From positions 3,419-67,418 of IMG/VR virus record IMGVR_UViG_3300028832_000139: a stretch of 64,000 bases of DNA. One strand, 5' to 3'. Position numbers and translations under genes: made by a program. A model generated the notes under the pieces. It did not search any database. It was not told where the DNA came from and worked only from the letters and a program-made list of their open reading frames with translations. This DNA comes from a virus (Duplodnaviria; Caudoviricetes). Below are positions 9,739 through 19,698 of the stretch, one piece after another. The stretch's first letter is position 1; each line of letters starts with the position of its first letter.

Positions 9739-10184
9739 GTAAGAAGAACGAAAACAAGTGGTTGCAGATTGGAAACTATCTGCTTGGTGTAGATACTAAC
9801 GCACACGGCTCTTATGTGGTGTTGAAAAGCGTTGCACAGAACTGGAGTGTACGCTGGCGAGAGGACACTATGATGTTTGCTTCTATGCTGAACATTATGA
9901 AGCAGGCTGCGGAGAACGAGAATGTTAAGGAGTATCTGCACTCCCTGATTACCGTTATGTTTATCACTACCTCTTATATGCACGATTTGGTGGCTCTCTC
10001 TACTAAACAGCAGATGCCTTTCTGCGAGGTTGTTGCTAAGTTGCTAAAAGAGCAGAACGACTATGAGCAGAGCCTTGCCGAGAAGAAACCTACCAAGAAA
10101 GAGGATGAAGAAGCCTTAAAAGAGGTGGTAGAAATGCGAGAGGTTGAAGAAGAACTGGAGAAACTGGATGAAGAAGCCAAATAA
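9735..10184 (+). CDS. Hypothetical protein
   Basis: Operonic ORF with TAATG coupling. Confidence 0.7.
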   Translation: MSKKNENKWLQIGNYLLGVDTNAHGSYVVLKSVAQNWSVRWREDTMMFASMLNIMKQAAENENVKEYLHSLITVMFITTSYMHDLVALSTKQQMPFCEVVAKLLKEQNDYEQSLAEKKPTKKEDEEALKEVVEMREVEEELEKLDEEAK

Positions 10185-10951
10185 TGAACTACACCGAAGA
10201 AGAACTTGAAGAAGCAAAGGCTTATCTAAAGGATCGGCTGCGTAACCAACGTTCGATGGAGAAAGACATCGAAAACTTACTGGCTATCTACGCTGCCTAT
10301 CTCCTTAGTGCCCTGTTCAGCAAAGCAAGTGACGAGGATATTCAGACACTCATAAACAGCCTTGTGGAACAACTACTAAGCGACTGCGAGACACTGGCGG
10401 TAGATACGCATGACAGAAAAGATGCTATCATCGCCTATATGACTGGAGAGCGAAACGGAGATACTCTTGAAGGTCGTATCAGAAAACGTGCTGAGACATT
10501 CTTTAATGAGGTGTTTGCAGTGTATCTTGCTGGAACACTACTCGGAAAAGGTCAGGAAGTGTTGCTGAAAAGCATCAAGGAGAGCCTAAAGCGACCTTGG
10601 GAGAACGAGGTGCTTGAAGAAGCCAGGGAAAAACAGGCAAATGGTGAGATTTCAAATGAGTACGACTTTGTGGAACCTCACTATGGTAGAGGTAACGCTA
10701 CATCGTCTTTGTTAGCCATAGAGAGAGCATTAAGTTATGCTGTTGCCGATGCGTGGACTTACTGGCAGTGGTTAGACAAGATAGATGGCGGTGCGGTTGG
10801 GTACTATGTACTAAGAGGTAGTTCATTCCCGTGTGACCTTTGCGATAGCCATACAGGAATATTCTTTGATGTGAACGATAAAGATAGCCTACCTCCATAT
10901 CACACTAATTGCGTCTGCTTTGCTGTCTATACCAAAGTTCCAAGGCTCTAA
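10184..10951 (+). CDS. Head morphogenesis / minor capsid protein (SPP1 gp7, Mu F-like)
   Basis: C-terminal RGSSFPCDLCD...LPPYHTNCVC motif. Confidence 0.75.
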   Translation: MNYTEEELEEAKAYLKDRLRNQRSMEKDIENLLAIYAAYLLSALFSKASDEDIQTLINSLVEQLLSDCETLAVDTHDRKDAIIAYMTGERNGDTLEGRIRKRAETFFNEVFAVYLAGTLLGKGQEVLLKSIKESLKRPWENEVLEEAREKQANGEISNEYDFVEPHYGRGNATSSLLAIERALSYAVADAWTYWQWLDKIDGGAVGYYVLRGSSFPCDLCDSHTGIFFDVNDKDSLPPYHTNCVCFAVYTKVPRL

Positions 10952-11005
10952 AAAGGCATATACTTGCATTTTAGTGTTAATTTATACTAAAATACTTGTA
11001 TAACA

Positions 11006-11037
11006 TTTGGAGAATTATGAAAATACAAGTATATTTG
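11006..11037 (+). promoter_or_regulatory. Sigma-A promoter
   Basis: TTTG, 20-nt spacer, TATATTTG. Confidence 0.75.
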
Positions 11038-11460
11038 CATCGCAATCGAACAGAGACGAAAGCAGACATATTAGAGTATCAAGGCGAAAGCCTCACGATA
11101 TAGAAGCCCTTGCAACCAATTCTCTGTTAACGGTTGCGGGGCTTCGCCCTTTTTAGGCGTTTTGTGAAGAGTTCCATAAGTTGCCACTCAAAAACGAGTA
11201 AAACCCAAAATATAAAAAGCACCTTTAGAAGTAGTAAGACGCTAATCCTGCAACGTCCAGCCCTGACGACAGGTCAAACCGAAGCCCGAAAGGGTAAATT
11301 GATAAAGCGAAAGGTGAATGACTGAAATTGGAGCACCCTACTTACTGCTATAGTGTAGAATTAAGAAAGTCCTTCTTTTTTTACATCACACCTCCTAATC
11401 TTTCGGAGGTAAAGGGCGAAAAGTATAAAGTCGAAATTAAAAAATAAAAGTGCAAAAATT

Positions 11461-11679
11461 ATGTCTATAACTGCCCAAGTAGAACACGCTGAGAATATCG
11501 CCAGAGGATTGAAAGCCTTGGCTAAAGTACAGCAACAGGAGATTGAGAAGAAGTCTTGTGGTTATCGTTACGTTACTCTTAGCAACCGCACAAGGGTTTT
11601 GGTAGAGTGCGATAGTAACGGAAATCCTACAAAGCGAGGTCAGCGTCAGATTAACTCACTTAAAGGTTGTTTGGTGTAG
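11461..11679 (+). CDS. Hypothetical protein
   Basis: 72-aa ORF, first gene after a long leader. Confidence 0.6.
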   Translation: MSITAQVEHAENIARGLKALAKVQQQEIEKKSCGYRYVTLSNRTRVLVECDSNGNPTKRGQRQINSLKGCLV

Positions 11680-11680
11680 T

Positions 11681-12109
11681 ATGTTCAATAGAGGTTACAA
11701 TAAGTTTGGTGCTAAGAAGCAGGGTGCTTACGACAGCAAGGTAGAAAAAGTTGTCGAACAGAAGTACGGCTTACTGCAAAAGGCTGGCTTGATTAGCGGA
11801 CTGCGTAGAAACACCTATCACTTCTTGATTATTCCTGAGATCGCTGATATAGTGGTCGAAGAAAAGCAGTTAAAGACTAAGGTAAAACGTATTGAGAAGA
11901 AGATAATAGACGAGAAGGCTGCGCACTACACACCCGATTTTCTCTATTACGACTTAGAGACTAACGAGTATGTGATGTTAGAGGTTAAGAGTTTTATCAC
12001 GATGAAGCAACCTGACTACACGTTGAGAAGAAAGTTGATTAAGCATATTATCCGCAAGCATAATGCTTTAGGCAGAAGTCAGTGGAGATTTGAAGAAATT
12101 AAAATGTAA
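11681..12109 (+). CDS. DUF1064-like PD-(D/E)XK endonuclease
   Basis: YNKFGAKK...YDSKVE...YTPDFLY...LEVKS. Confidence 0.7.
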   Translation: MFNRGYNKFGAKKQGAYDSKVEKVVEQKYGLLQKAGLISGLRRNTYHFLIIPEIADIVVEEKQLKTKVKRIEKKIIDEKAAHYTPDFLYYDLETNEYVMLEVKSFITMKQPDYTLRRKLIKHIIRKHNALGRSQWRFEEIKM

Positions 12110-12112
12110 GGT

Positions 12113-12367
12113 ATGAGTAACTATAAGCAAGCAATACAGATTGGCGATAACGTAACGGGCATAATGAAACTGCCGTGCGTATTCTCTTGCCATAAGACGG
12201 ATGACGGCTCTTTGGAGTATCTGCTGTATCAGTGGAATAATCGTCAGGAGTATATCAAGGCTCACAAGGGCGATTGGCTCTGCGAGGGAGAAGAAGGCAT
12301 CTGGAGTGTATTGACTGATGCTGAGTATAACGAAATAGTATTGAATGGGAAAGAGAAGAATAGATGA
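12113..12367 (+). CDS. Hypothetical protein
   Basis: Operonic ORF. Confidence 0.65.
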   Translation: MSNYKQAIQIGDNVTGIMKLPCVFSCHKTDDGSLEYLLYQWNNRQEYIKAHKGDWLCEGEEGIWSVLTDAEYNEIVLNGKEKNR

Positions 12368-12557
12368 CGAGACACCCAAAGGCAGATGTGGCGAGTGCGT
12401 TCACTGTACACCAGTAAAACGATTTCATACCCTGAACTTGCACGGAGAACCAACGCTCGGCACCTGCCCTTATTGGATGGAAAGCAAATGCGTATTACTT
12501 ACACAATTAGGTTGTAAACGATTTAATAAACGAGAATATGAACAAGGAGAAAGTTAA
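12345..12557 (+). CDS. Small Cys-rich (Zn-binding) hypothetical protein
   Basis: CGECVHC...CPYW...C...C. Confidence 0.55.
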   Translation: MGKRRIDDETPKGRCGECVHCTPVKRFHTLNLHGEPTLGTCPYWMESKCVLLTQLGCKRFNKREYEQGES

Positions 12558-13011
12558 GCCCATTGGAGAGGCTACAAGAGAAGATGAAAAGTTGCAGATG
12601 TCGGTTAGGCAGAATTGGGCTGATAACGTAACTGTTCGTGGTAAGAACTTCAAGGTACGTTGGCTGCACCCATTTACTAACGAGTGGATAACATCTTTGA
12701 TGCTTAAAGATGGTAACGACAGCAAGATTATCTGTCAGGCTGCTGCCCTTATCGCTCTTGGTAGTTTCTGGAAGTGTAAGTTTTGGTACTGGCTTGTATG
12801 GCGATGGTTCTATTACATCAAGCAGTATAACGCAAAAGAGCTGACTCCGCTTATCGAGACGGCTCAAAAAAAAACGGCTCAGGAGGTAGCGGTGGCTTAC
12901 TTGAACGCTACAATGTTACTGACCGCACTAAAGGACACGACGAAACAGATGACGAAAGCGGAAGCAGAGCGTACCCTTCAAGAACTTCGTATGGGCAAAG
13001 ATGGGAAATAG
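12538..13011 (+). CDS. Tail assembly chaperone G-like
   Basis: 157 aa; A9 run at 12866-12874 with an open -1 frame leading into the next ORF. Confidence 0.6.
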   Translation: MNKEKVKPIGEATREDEKLQMSVRQNWADNVTVRGKNFKVRWLHPFTNEWITSLMLKDGNDSKIICQAAALIALGSFWKCKFWYWLVWRWFYYIKQYNAKELTPLIETAQKKTAQEVAVAYLNATMLLTALKDTTKQMTKAEAERTLQELRMGKDGK

Positions 13012-13340
13012 CGCAAAAGCACCCTTGGCTGATGCAGCCTTTGACGTTTTTAGGCATCCCGATTACTAAGCCAGGCTACTATATGAACTGCGTGATGACT
13101 AACGCACAGATAGAATTGATAGCGTCTGATGTTTCTGTAGTGGACTACGACCTTAAAAAAGACAAGAAGAAAAAGAAGAAAGGCGAGTTTGATAATACTA
13201 AGGCTGATACTAAGCAGATTAAGGATGCTAACGAGCAATGGACTAAAGAGCATGGCGATGGTGCTAATGCTGGCTGGGTGAACTTAGGCAACATTCTCGG
13301 TAATGGAATGAAACAAGATGTAGGAGTAAACATAGAATAG
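12538..13340 (+). CDS. Tail assembly chaperone GT-like fusion by -1 frameshift (includes ORF 13032-13340)
   Basis: The -1 frame from 12873 (NGSGGSGGLL...EIAQKHPWL) is stop-free and in frame with ATG 13032. Confidence 0.6.
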
Positions 13341-13341
13341 T

Positions 13342-13812
13342 ATGAACCAAAAGGAATTAAGCATAGTATTAAGAGAGTTGGCTTGCAGTCAGCCTACCCC
13401 ACTCTGTCAGCAATGGACTGAGGAATGGGCAGACGATACGAATATAGACGAGCTTCTCGATAAGTATATTAGAGGCTTCGACTTCGTTGTGAAAAACAAC
13501 TATCCTCCACTTGATTTCTGCCGTAAGAACTTCAATAAGGAGGACTTGCACAGGCATAATATCTATCTTGACGAAAAGGTGACTATTGAGGATGCCCAGA
13601 ACGGCTACTATGTCTTTGTAGGCAACTGCGAGGCTACCATTATTGCTAAAGGCTTTAAGGCTATCACAGTCTATTGCAGACACGAAAGCAAGGTTAATGT
13701 GTATGCCTTTGAGGGTGCGAGAGTGTTTGTTCGATACTATGATGCTTCTAACGGAGATTGTGAGGCAGACCAGTGGAGTAAGGCAATACGATTTGATAGG
13801 CAGAAGAAATGA
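13342..13812 (+). CDS. Hypothetical phage protein
   Basis: 156-aa operonic ORF. Confidence 0.7.
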   Translation: MNQKELSIVLRELACSQPTPLCQQWTEEWADDTNIDELLDKYIRGFDFVVKNNYPPLDFCRKNFNKEDLHRHNIYLDEKVTIEDAQNGYYVFVGNCEATIIAKGFKAITVYCRHESKVNVYAFEGARVFVRYYDASNGDCEADQWSKAIRFDRQKK

Positions 13813-14416
13813 GCAAGGACTGGAACGGAAATAAGAAAAGTGTGTTTGCTACGCTTGGTGCAAGCAATCATACAAATAAGGATCGTGAAGAACACGATTT
13901 TTACGCAACCTCTCCAGAGGCTATTGATGCTTTGAAGAAGAAGATAGACTTGCCTTACACCATCTTAGAACCCGCTTGTGGTACTGGCTGCTTATCGGAT
14001 AGGCTAAAGAAGTTTGGGCACGATGTTATGTCTTACGATATAGTGGATAGAGGTTACGGAGAGCAACAGAACTTCTTTGAAATGCTTACACCACCGACAA
14101 ACGAAAACTTTGCTATCGTCACTAACCCACCTTACAAGTATGCTTTGGAGTTTGTGCTTCACGCATTGGAGTTAGTCCCTATGGGCGGTCTCGTTTGTAT
14201 GTTTCTAAAGACTACATTCTTAGAGGGTAAACAACGCTATAATAGATTGTTCAAAATTACCCCCCCGAAAAAGTTTTACAATTCTCGGAACGTGTGCTTT
14301 GTGCCAAAAATGCTGAGTTTGAGTATATGAGAGAACACGGAGGCTCTGCCGTATCATACGCTTGGTATGTATGGAGAAAAGGATATAAAGGACAAACAAT
14401 CATTGATTGGATATAG
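13809..14416 (+). pseudogene. Amino-DNA methyltransferase, frameshifted at C7/A5 tract
   Basis: ILEPACGTG (SAM binding) and IVTNPPY. The C-terminus VLQFSERVLCAKN...YAWYVWRKG...IDWI lies in the -1 frame after 14260-14273. Confidence 0.7.
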
Positions 14417-14440
14417 TATTAACTTAAAGTATTAACAAAA

Positions 14441-14650
14441 ATGAGCAAGAAACTTTTTACGTTGATTTCAATTATCATCGCTGCTGTGTAGTCAGTGTCA
14501 ATCGGTCTGGTAGATTACTTTGAATGTGCTCACGCAACAGCTATTGACGAGTCTATCACTGTCGCTGGTACGGCTATCGTTACCATCTGCGGACTTTTCA
14601 CGGTAAACGAGGAAGTTAAGAAGTATAAGGCTTTGAGCAAGAAAAAGTAA
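14441..14650 (+). pseudogene. Small two-TM membrane protein interrupted by an in-frame TAG
   Basis: MSKKLFTLISIIIAAV*SVSIGLVDYF...KKYKALSKKK; TAG at 14489-14491. Confidence 0.55.
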
Positions 14651-14667
14651 GTCTTAGTGCTGAGAGA

Positions 14668-14703
14668 AATAAGAGAGGTGCCAGTTACGACACCTCTCTT
14701 ATT
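14668..14703. terminator. Bidirectional terminator
   Basis: AATAAGAGAGGTG/CACCTCTCTTATT 13-bp stem between convergent operons. Confidence 0.8.
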
Positions 14704-14719
14704 ATATATAGGAACTAAC

Positions 14720-16228
14720 CTACTCTGCTGTTGCGCCAGTCCTGAGTTGGTATAGCCTATCTGCTGCCTGTTCTTGTTTCTGCTCTCTGAAAATCTTATC
14801 CGCTTCGGCATTGGTGCAATATGGGTTTTGCTCAACTCCAGTCTCGGTAGAAATCAATCCCGCATTTTTAAGAGCAACCAAATTAGCGACTTTGCCTGCC
14901 GTATCTTCGTGAACAAACGGCACGATGTACGACAATATATGTTCTTCAAGACGCTCTAACTCGCTAATCTTACCAAGTTCAATACCATAACCGATACAGA
15001 ACAAGTGTCTAACCTGATTGATGAAATCCTGTTGGTCTTTCGCTTGCGTCATAGCCAAATCAAGGTTAGGTGCATAAATCAGTTTAATGGTAGATGCAGG
15101 GGTATCGCCAGACTTTAATTCAGGCGTCTCAACCGTGAACGAGCCTCTAAAGAACTCCTTATACAATCGCTCAACGTAAGACTTGAAGAAGTCACCACCT
15201 GTTTTCTTCTCCAATAACTCTACGCTATCATCCTTACCCATCGTGAAAGCACGAACACGACCAAGCGGATCGCCCTTGATGTCAACATTATCGCCTTTCA
15301 TAATATAGGCATCGTTAGCAGTAGAAGCACAAGCCTTTGCCCAATAAGACAGAGCCACCTCTATTTCATCAGCAAGATACTGCACATCATTCCAACCAGG
15401 GCCGTTATCCTTTGCTCGACCATAGGCTACAGGCAGTTCGGGGAAACCATGCTCTTGTTCTGATACCAACTCAAAGGCATCAAGTCCTAACGCTTTCTTT
15501 GCTTTGTTGGCTACACCCTTCAATCCTACCTGAGACTGCTTGTAGCGATATAGATACTTATTATCCCACACCTCTACCCAAATGGCTACAACCTTGTTTT
15601 CTTCATCGTAAGACGAGAACTTGCGGGCAAACATATTCATACGACCTGTTACCATATCATAGTGCGGATATAGCGTATCGCCATTGAGGAACGAAAGCAC
15701 CTTAGTATAGCACTTCTTGTTATACATATAGAACACGATAGCCTTATCTGCCGTGATTTCCTCTGAACGACCAGCATCATAGATGGCAATATCAATGTTC
15801 TTCTGCAACCAACCCATCTGAAAGCGCATAAACTGGTCGTTAAGTTCATTAGAAACCTTGTTGTCCGCTAATTCGTGGTGTATGTCGTTTCCGTACAAGT
15901 GAACAAGATGCTGCAAGGCTACTACCTTTTGCAAAGGAACGGAAACACGGAACGTTTCCTCTCGGTACATCGTTTCCATCTTCTCGCCATCCTCAGTAAT
16001 AACCTCGCCATAGTTGTAAGACTCAGGAAAGAAAAACTCCGAATTGATTTTGTGCGCTGACGGATAGTATTCTTCTAAAAAGTCCGTCTGCGTCATCAGC
16101 ATACCTACTTGTGGCTTCTCCAGATAACGTAGAGAGGCAACATTTCCCGTTTTCTCCTGCTTAGTGGATAAACCGCTGTTCTGTAGCCTGTAAAACGGCT
16201 TCTTCGTCAATAAATCGTTTACATTCAT
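14720..16228 (-). CDS. Portal protein (SPP1 gp6-like)
   Basis: About 500 aa directly downstream of terL; likely start MNVNDLL at 16228. Confidence 0.8.
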   Translation of the reverse strand: MNVNDLLTKKPFYRLQNSGLSTKQEKTGNVASLRYLEKPQVGMLMTQTDFLEEYYPSAHKINSEFFFPESYNYGEVITEDGEKMETMYREETFRVSVPLQKVVALQHLVHLYGNDIHHELADNKVSNELNDQFMRFQMGWLQKNIDIAIYDAGRSEEITADKAIVFYMYNKKCYTKVLSFLNGDTLYPHYDMVTGRMNMFARKFSSYDEENKVVAIWVEVWDNKYLYRYKQSQVGLKGVANKAKKALGLDAFELVSEQEHGFPELPVAYGRAKDNGPGWNDVQYLADEIEVALSYWAKACASTANDAYIMKGDNVDIKGDPLGRVRAFTMGKDDSVELLEKKTGGDFFKSYVERLYKEFFRGSFTVETPELKSGDTPASTIKLIYAPNLDLAMTQAKDQQDFINQVRHLFCIGYGIELGKISELERLEEHILSYIVPFVHEDTAGKVANLVALKNAGLISTETGVEQNPYCTNAEADKIFREQKQEQAADRLYQLRTGATAE

Positions 16229-16275
16229 AATACTTTGGGTTTTATAGGGTGAGTGGGGATTGTGGGTTTTTCCCA

Positions 16276-18030
16276 CTACCACCTATACCCTCTGTTAATA
16301 TTTCTCCTAACATTCATATTCGCAAAAGGATTGAAGCCACCTCGCCTTACCTGACGCTCAGTAGCACCTGTAATCAAACCTAAGTTCTTAGGCGCATGGC
16401 TTATCTGCTTGATATTGAAAATCTCCCTAATCGTTGCAGCCTCTATCCAGTCTGGAGAGCGATGTATAATACGCTTCATTTGCTTTACCTTGTCGATAAC
16501 TCTCGTTGGATCATCTTCTCTAAAGCGAATACACTTGCGTTCTTCGTTAAGCAACTCTCTCAGCGTCTTATTGGTGTAGTTCTTTCCGCTAAACCTACGC
16601 TCTAACAACTCAGGGGCAATAGAATATGTACCATCCTTAATGTGGTCTGCAAAGTAAGTGAAGCATTGAGCCTTTAGATTGTAGTACATACCTTTGTACT
16701 TCTCGTCAACTGCTTCTTTTGCATTAAATGGTATCGCTTTCGGGAAGAAGCCCTTGAACACCTGACCTGTACCTATCAAGTCATAGGCAAATCTATCTTC
16801 ACGGACTTTCCAACGAGTCATCAACTCCCTTGCAAACTGAATGGTAGCCTTACTATCCAAGCTGCAAGCCTCAACATCAGCAATATGGTTTCCTACCCAA
16901 TGCCAGAAAACGCACTTATCGCCTCCGTCAAAGGCAGCGTCACAAGTGATGTAGTTCATACCGTCACCCAACTGTTCGGAATTGTTGTAGAACCTCTCCA
17001 TGTGTTCCATTTTGATAACATCATCACCTGCTGACTTGTATTTCCAGTTGCCATCGAGAAAACGAGCCTTTGTTTCTTCGTCTTGGTTAAACAAAATACC
17101 AAGATACTCAGGGTTGCTATCCATCAGAGCGTGGTTGTCAGTCAACTTTGCAGGGATAAACGTAGCAGAACGGATAAACAAGTCCTGTGGCTTACCATAC
17201 TCGTCATATTCGGGTTTCCACATAGCCATAATCTCTGCCTTGTTTTTCTCAAAACATTCCTCTCTCGTTGCGCCCCACGACACTTGCGAAATATCATCAC
17301 CCAACATACAGCAGTAGCGGATAACTCCTGCCCTCTCAGGAATAGGTAATCCTGTATTTTGGTCTATATACCATTCAATGAACTTTGCTACCCAAGAGTC
17401 GGGATCAGGGTTACAAGAGCCAACGATACGTGTAGGTATGCCGTAAGCAGAACGGTTACTCATAGAAAGCACTTTGAACTTCTTATACGACATCTGCGTT
17501 ATCTCGTCAACTGCGATATACGGATATTGCTTACCTTGGTATCTATCGTGGAAATCGTCATACTCCATATTATGATATGAGAAAGTAAGCCAACCGCCAT
17601 TATAGAAGTTCCAAGTCATATCGTTCTTGGCTCGGTTATAAGTTCCGTACTCGTTGAAAAGTTCGTAAGATGTATCTATAATATCCGACAAGTCATCCAA
17701 ATCTTTACGGAAAATGATAGCACGGAAGTTTGGGTTTGTGATGTCGTATAGCGCATTCATCAGCAGGACGTATGACTTACCCCCACCGCGCGAACCTCCC
17801 ACGATGGAGATGTCAGCCTCCGTCGGCAGCATATCGGTTTGTCCTTTTGCCTGAGTTGCAGTAATGCGGGGATTGGGATGCTTACGAAGTTGCTGACGAA
17901 TAACCTCTACATCATCTTCATCGAGAATATGTAACCCATTATTCGCCTTTTCTTCATATAGCCTTTGAGTAAAACGCTCTTTTAACTCAGGTGGCAAACT
18001 CGTAATCGGTTCAGAAAAATTCAATGTCAT
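16276..18030 (-). CDS. terL: Terminase large subunit
   Basis: Walker A GGSRGGGKS, Walker B IAVDE, coupling GSCNP, nuclease ITCDAAFDGGD. Confidence 0.92.
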   Translation of the reverse strand: MTLNFSEPITSLPPELKERFTQRLYEEKANNGLHILDEDDVEVIRQQLRKHPNPRITATQAKGQTDMLPTEADISIVGGSRGGGKSYVLLMNALYDITNPNFRAIIFRKDLDDLSDIIDTSYELFNEYGTYNRAKNDMTWNFYNGGWLTFSYHNMEYDDFHDRYQGKQYPYIAVDEITQMSYKKFKVLSMSNRSAYGIPTRIVGSCNPDPDSWVAKFIEWYIDQNTGLPIPERAGVIRYCCMLGDDISQVSWGATREECFEKNKAEIMAMWKPEYDEYGKPQDLFIRSATFIPAKLTDNHALMDSNPEYLGILFNQDEETKARFLDGNWKYKSAGDDVIKMEHMERFYNNSEQLGDGMNYITCDAAFDGGDKCVFWHWVGNHIADVEACSLDSKATIQFARELMTRWKVREDRFAYDLIGTGQVFKGFFPKAIPFNAKEAVDEKYKGMYYNLKAQCFTYFADHIKDGTYSIAPELLERRFSGKNYTNKTLRELLNEERKCIRFREDDPTRVIDKVKQMKRIIHRSPDWIEAATIREIFNIKQISHAPKNLGLITGATERQVRRGGFNPFANMNVRRNINRGYRW

Positions 18031-18116
18031 CCTGCGTAAATCACTATATATCAGTGGCAAAATTAGCAAAATATTTGCATTTTCACTAATTTTTGCCTAA
18101 AATTTTAGGTAAAATA

Positions 18117-18147
18117 TTTGTTATTTGCGAAAAAATCATTATTTTTG
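18117..18147 (+). promoter_or_regulatory. Promoter of head/tail operon
   Basis: TTTG (18117), 19-nt spacer, TATTTTTG (18140). Confidence 0.6.
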
Positions 18148-18183
18148 CGCTGTAAAAAGATAGTTTCAGGATAACAAATTTAT

Positions 18184-18369
18184 ATGCCGATACGTGTAGA
18201 AGTTAAAGCCGACAGCGACCAGACACAGAAGAAACGACACTTTATAACGTGTCCTAAGTGTCAGCAAAAACTCGGAGATATAGAGTATCTTCACGGAACC
18301 GTAATACTACGAATAAAATGTAGGCGATGCGGAACTTACGTTAAGGCAGATATAATAGGAGTTGAGTAA
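18184..18369 (+). CDS. Mu Com-like zinc-ribbon regulator
   Basis: CPKCQQKL...LRIKCRRC. Confidence 0.7.
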   Translation: MPIRVEVKADSDQTQKKRHFITCPKCQQKLGDIEYLHGTVILRIKCRRCGTYVKADIIGVE

Positions 18370-18401
18370 TTCTTTTATTTCGTATAAATTTAACTTAAAT
18401 C

Positions 18402-18441
18402 AAGCCAAGAGCTGTAGCCCGTGAGGGTTATGGCTCTTTTT
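18402..18441 (+). terminator. Terminator/attenuator-like hairpin before the scaffold gene
   Basis: AGAGCTGTAGCC-CGTGA-GGGTTATGGCTCT followed by a T-tract. Confidence 0.6.
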
Positions 18442-18477
18442 GTTTAGCATCAAATTTGACACTTAAATATTTGAATT

Positions 18478-19155
18478 ATGGAAATCGAAAAAATCGTTTC
18501 TACCGTGCAGGAACAACTCGGAAACACCGACTTTTCAGCACAAACTATCCAGAAGTACATTGAGTTGAACCCCGTAGCCGAGGGTGCAGAGCCTGACGAG
18601 GCTTATTTCTCTAAGGCAAAGGAGTTCTTTACAGGACTTCAAGGTCAGTTCAATCACGACTTCTCAACAAAGTTCACAGAAGCAAAGAAAAACTTGCTGA
18701 CTGAGGACACGTTCAAGAACCTGTCAGCCGAGCAACTTGCCGAGGTTAAGAAACTCATTGATGGTGTAAAGGTTGAACCTAAGACACCACAAGAGAGCGA
18801 GGAAGTAAAGGCTCTTAAAGAGCAGATTACCGCACTCAAAGAGCGTCTTGACAATGGCGATAGCGCAAAGCAAAAGGCTGAAATTCTCTCAAAGGTGAAA
18901 GCCGCTATGAAAGAACAGAAAGCCAACGACATTTACGTTCTTGAAAAAACTCTTGAAGGAGTGGATATAGACGCGAAGAAATCCGTTGAAGAACTCACGA
19001 AAGAGTATCTGGCTAAGTACGATGCAGAATACCTCAAATGCCGAGGTGATGGTGCTACTCCAAGATTCGTAGGTGGTGGTGGAGGCGATACCGAAACTGA
19101 ACTTGACAAGCGATTCAAGAAGAAAGCAGAAAAAGAGGGTTGGGGTAAGAAGTAA
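18478..19155 (+). CDS. Capsid scaffolding protein
   Basis: Charged coiled-coil protein upstream of the decoration and capsid genes. Confidence 0.7.
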   Translation: MEIEKIVSTVQEQLGNTDFSAQTIQKYIELNPVAEGAEPDEAYFSKAKEFFTGLQGQFNHDFSTKFTEAKKNLLTEDTFKNLSAEQLAEVKKLIDGVKVEPKTPQESEEVKALKEQITALKERLDNGDSAKQKAEILSKVKAAMKEQKANDIYVLEKTLEGVDIDAKKSVEELTKEYLAKYDAEYLKCRGDGATPRFVGGGGGDTETELDKRFKKKAEKEGWGKK

Positions 19156-19207
19156 TACACAAAGCCACAAAAGGTAACAAGATTGTTTAACAAAAAAGGA
19201 AACGAAA

Positions 19208-19669
19208 ATGGCAAATCAGGTTTTTCAGACTGGCAATACATTCGATGCTCAGTCATTTGCTATGGGGCATGCACGTAAGGTGTGGCGCCGTATTGAGGAA
19301 CAGCTTCCAGGCGGTTTCTTGATTAAGAATGTTTCGGACTTCGTTAGCGCAAAACTTATCCGTTCTGGTATGGCGGTTGTTAAGGACACGACAGAGGGTG
19401 CAGACGATAAGGACATCAAGGTTCTTACTTGGGCACAGGTTAAGTCTGCTATTAGCGGTTCGGGAATAGATTCTCTCAACATCATCGGCTTTTTGCAGGA
19501 AGATGCACCTATTACTGATGCAAACACTATTGCTACTGGCAATGTGATTGTAAAGGGCGAGATTTATGGTTATATGCTTGGCGATACTGCCAGCGATGCT
19601 GCAACTATCGCTGCTGCCGTTAAGGGTATGACACAGAAGAATGGTCTGTCAATCCGTGTGGTTGACTAA
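19208..19669 (+). CDS. Head decoration protein (putative)
   Basis: 153 aa between scaffold and capsid genes. Confidence 0.55.
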   Translation: MANQVFQTGNTFDAQSFAMGHARKVWRRIEEQLPGGFLIKNVSDFVSAKLIRSGMAVVKDTTEGADDKDIKVLTWAQVKSAISGSGIDSLNIIGFLQEDAPITDANTIATGNVIVKGEIYGYMLGDTASDAATIAAAVKGMTQKNGLSIRVVD

Positions 19670-19698
19670 TGTCTAACGAAAAAAGAAAGGAATAGATT

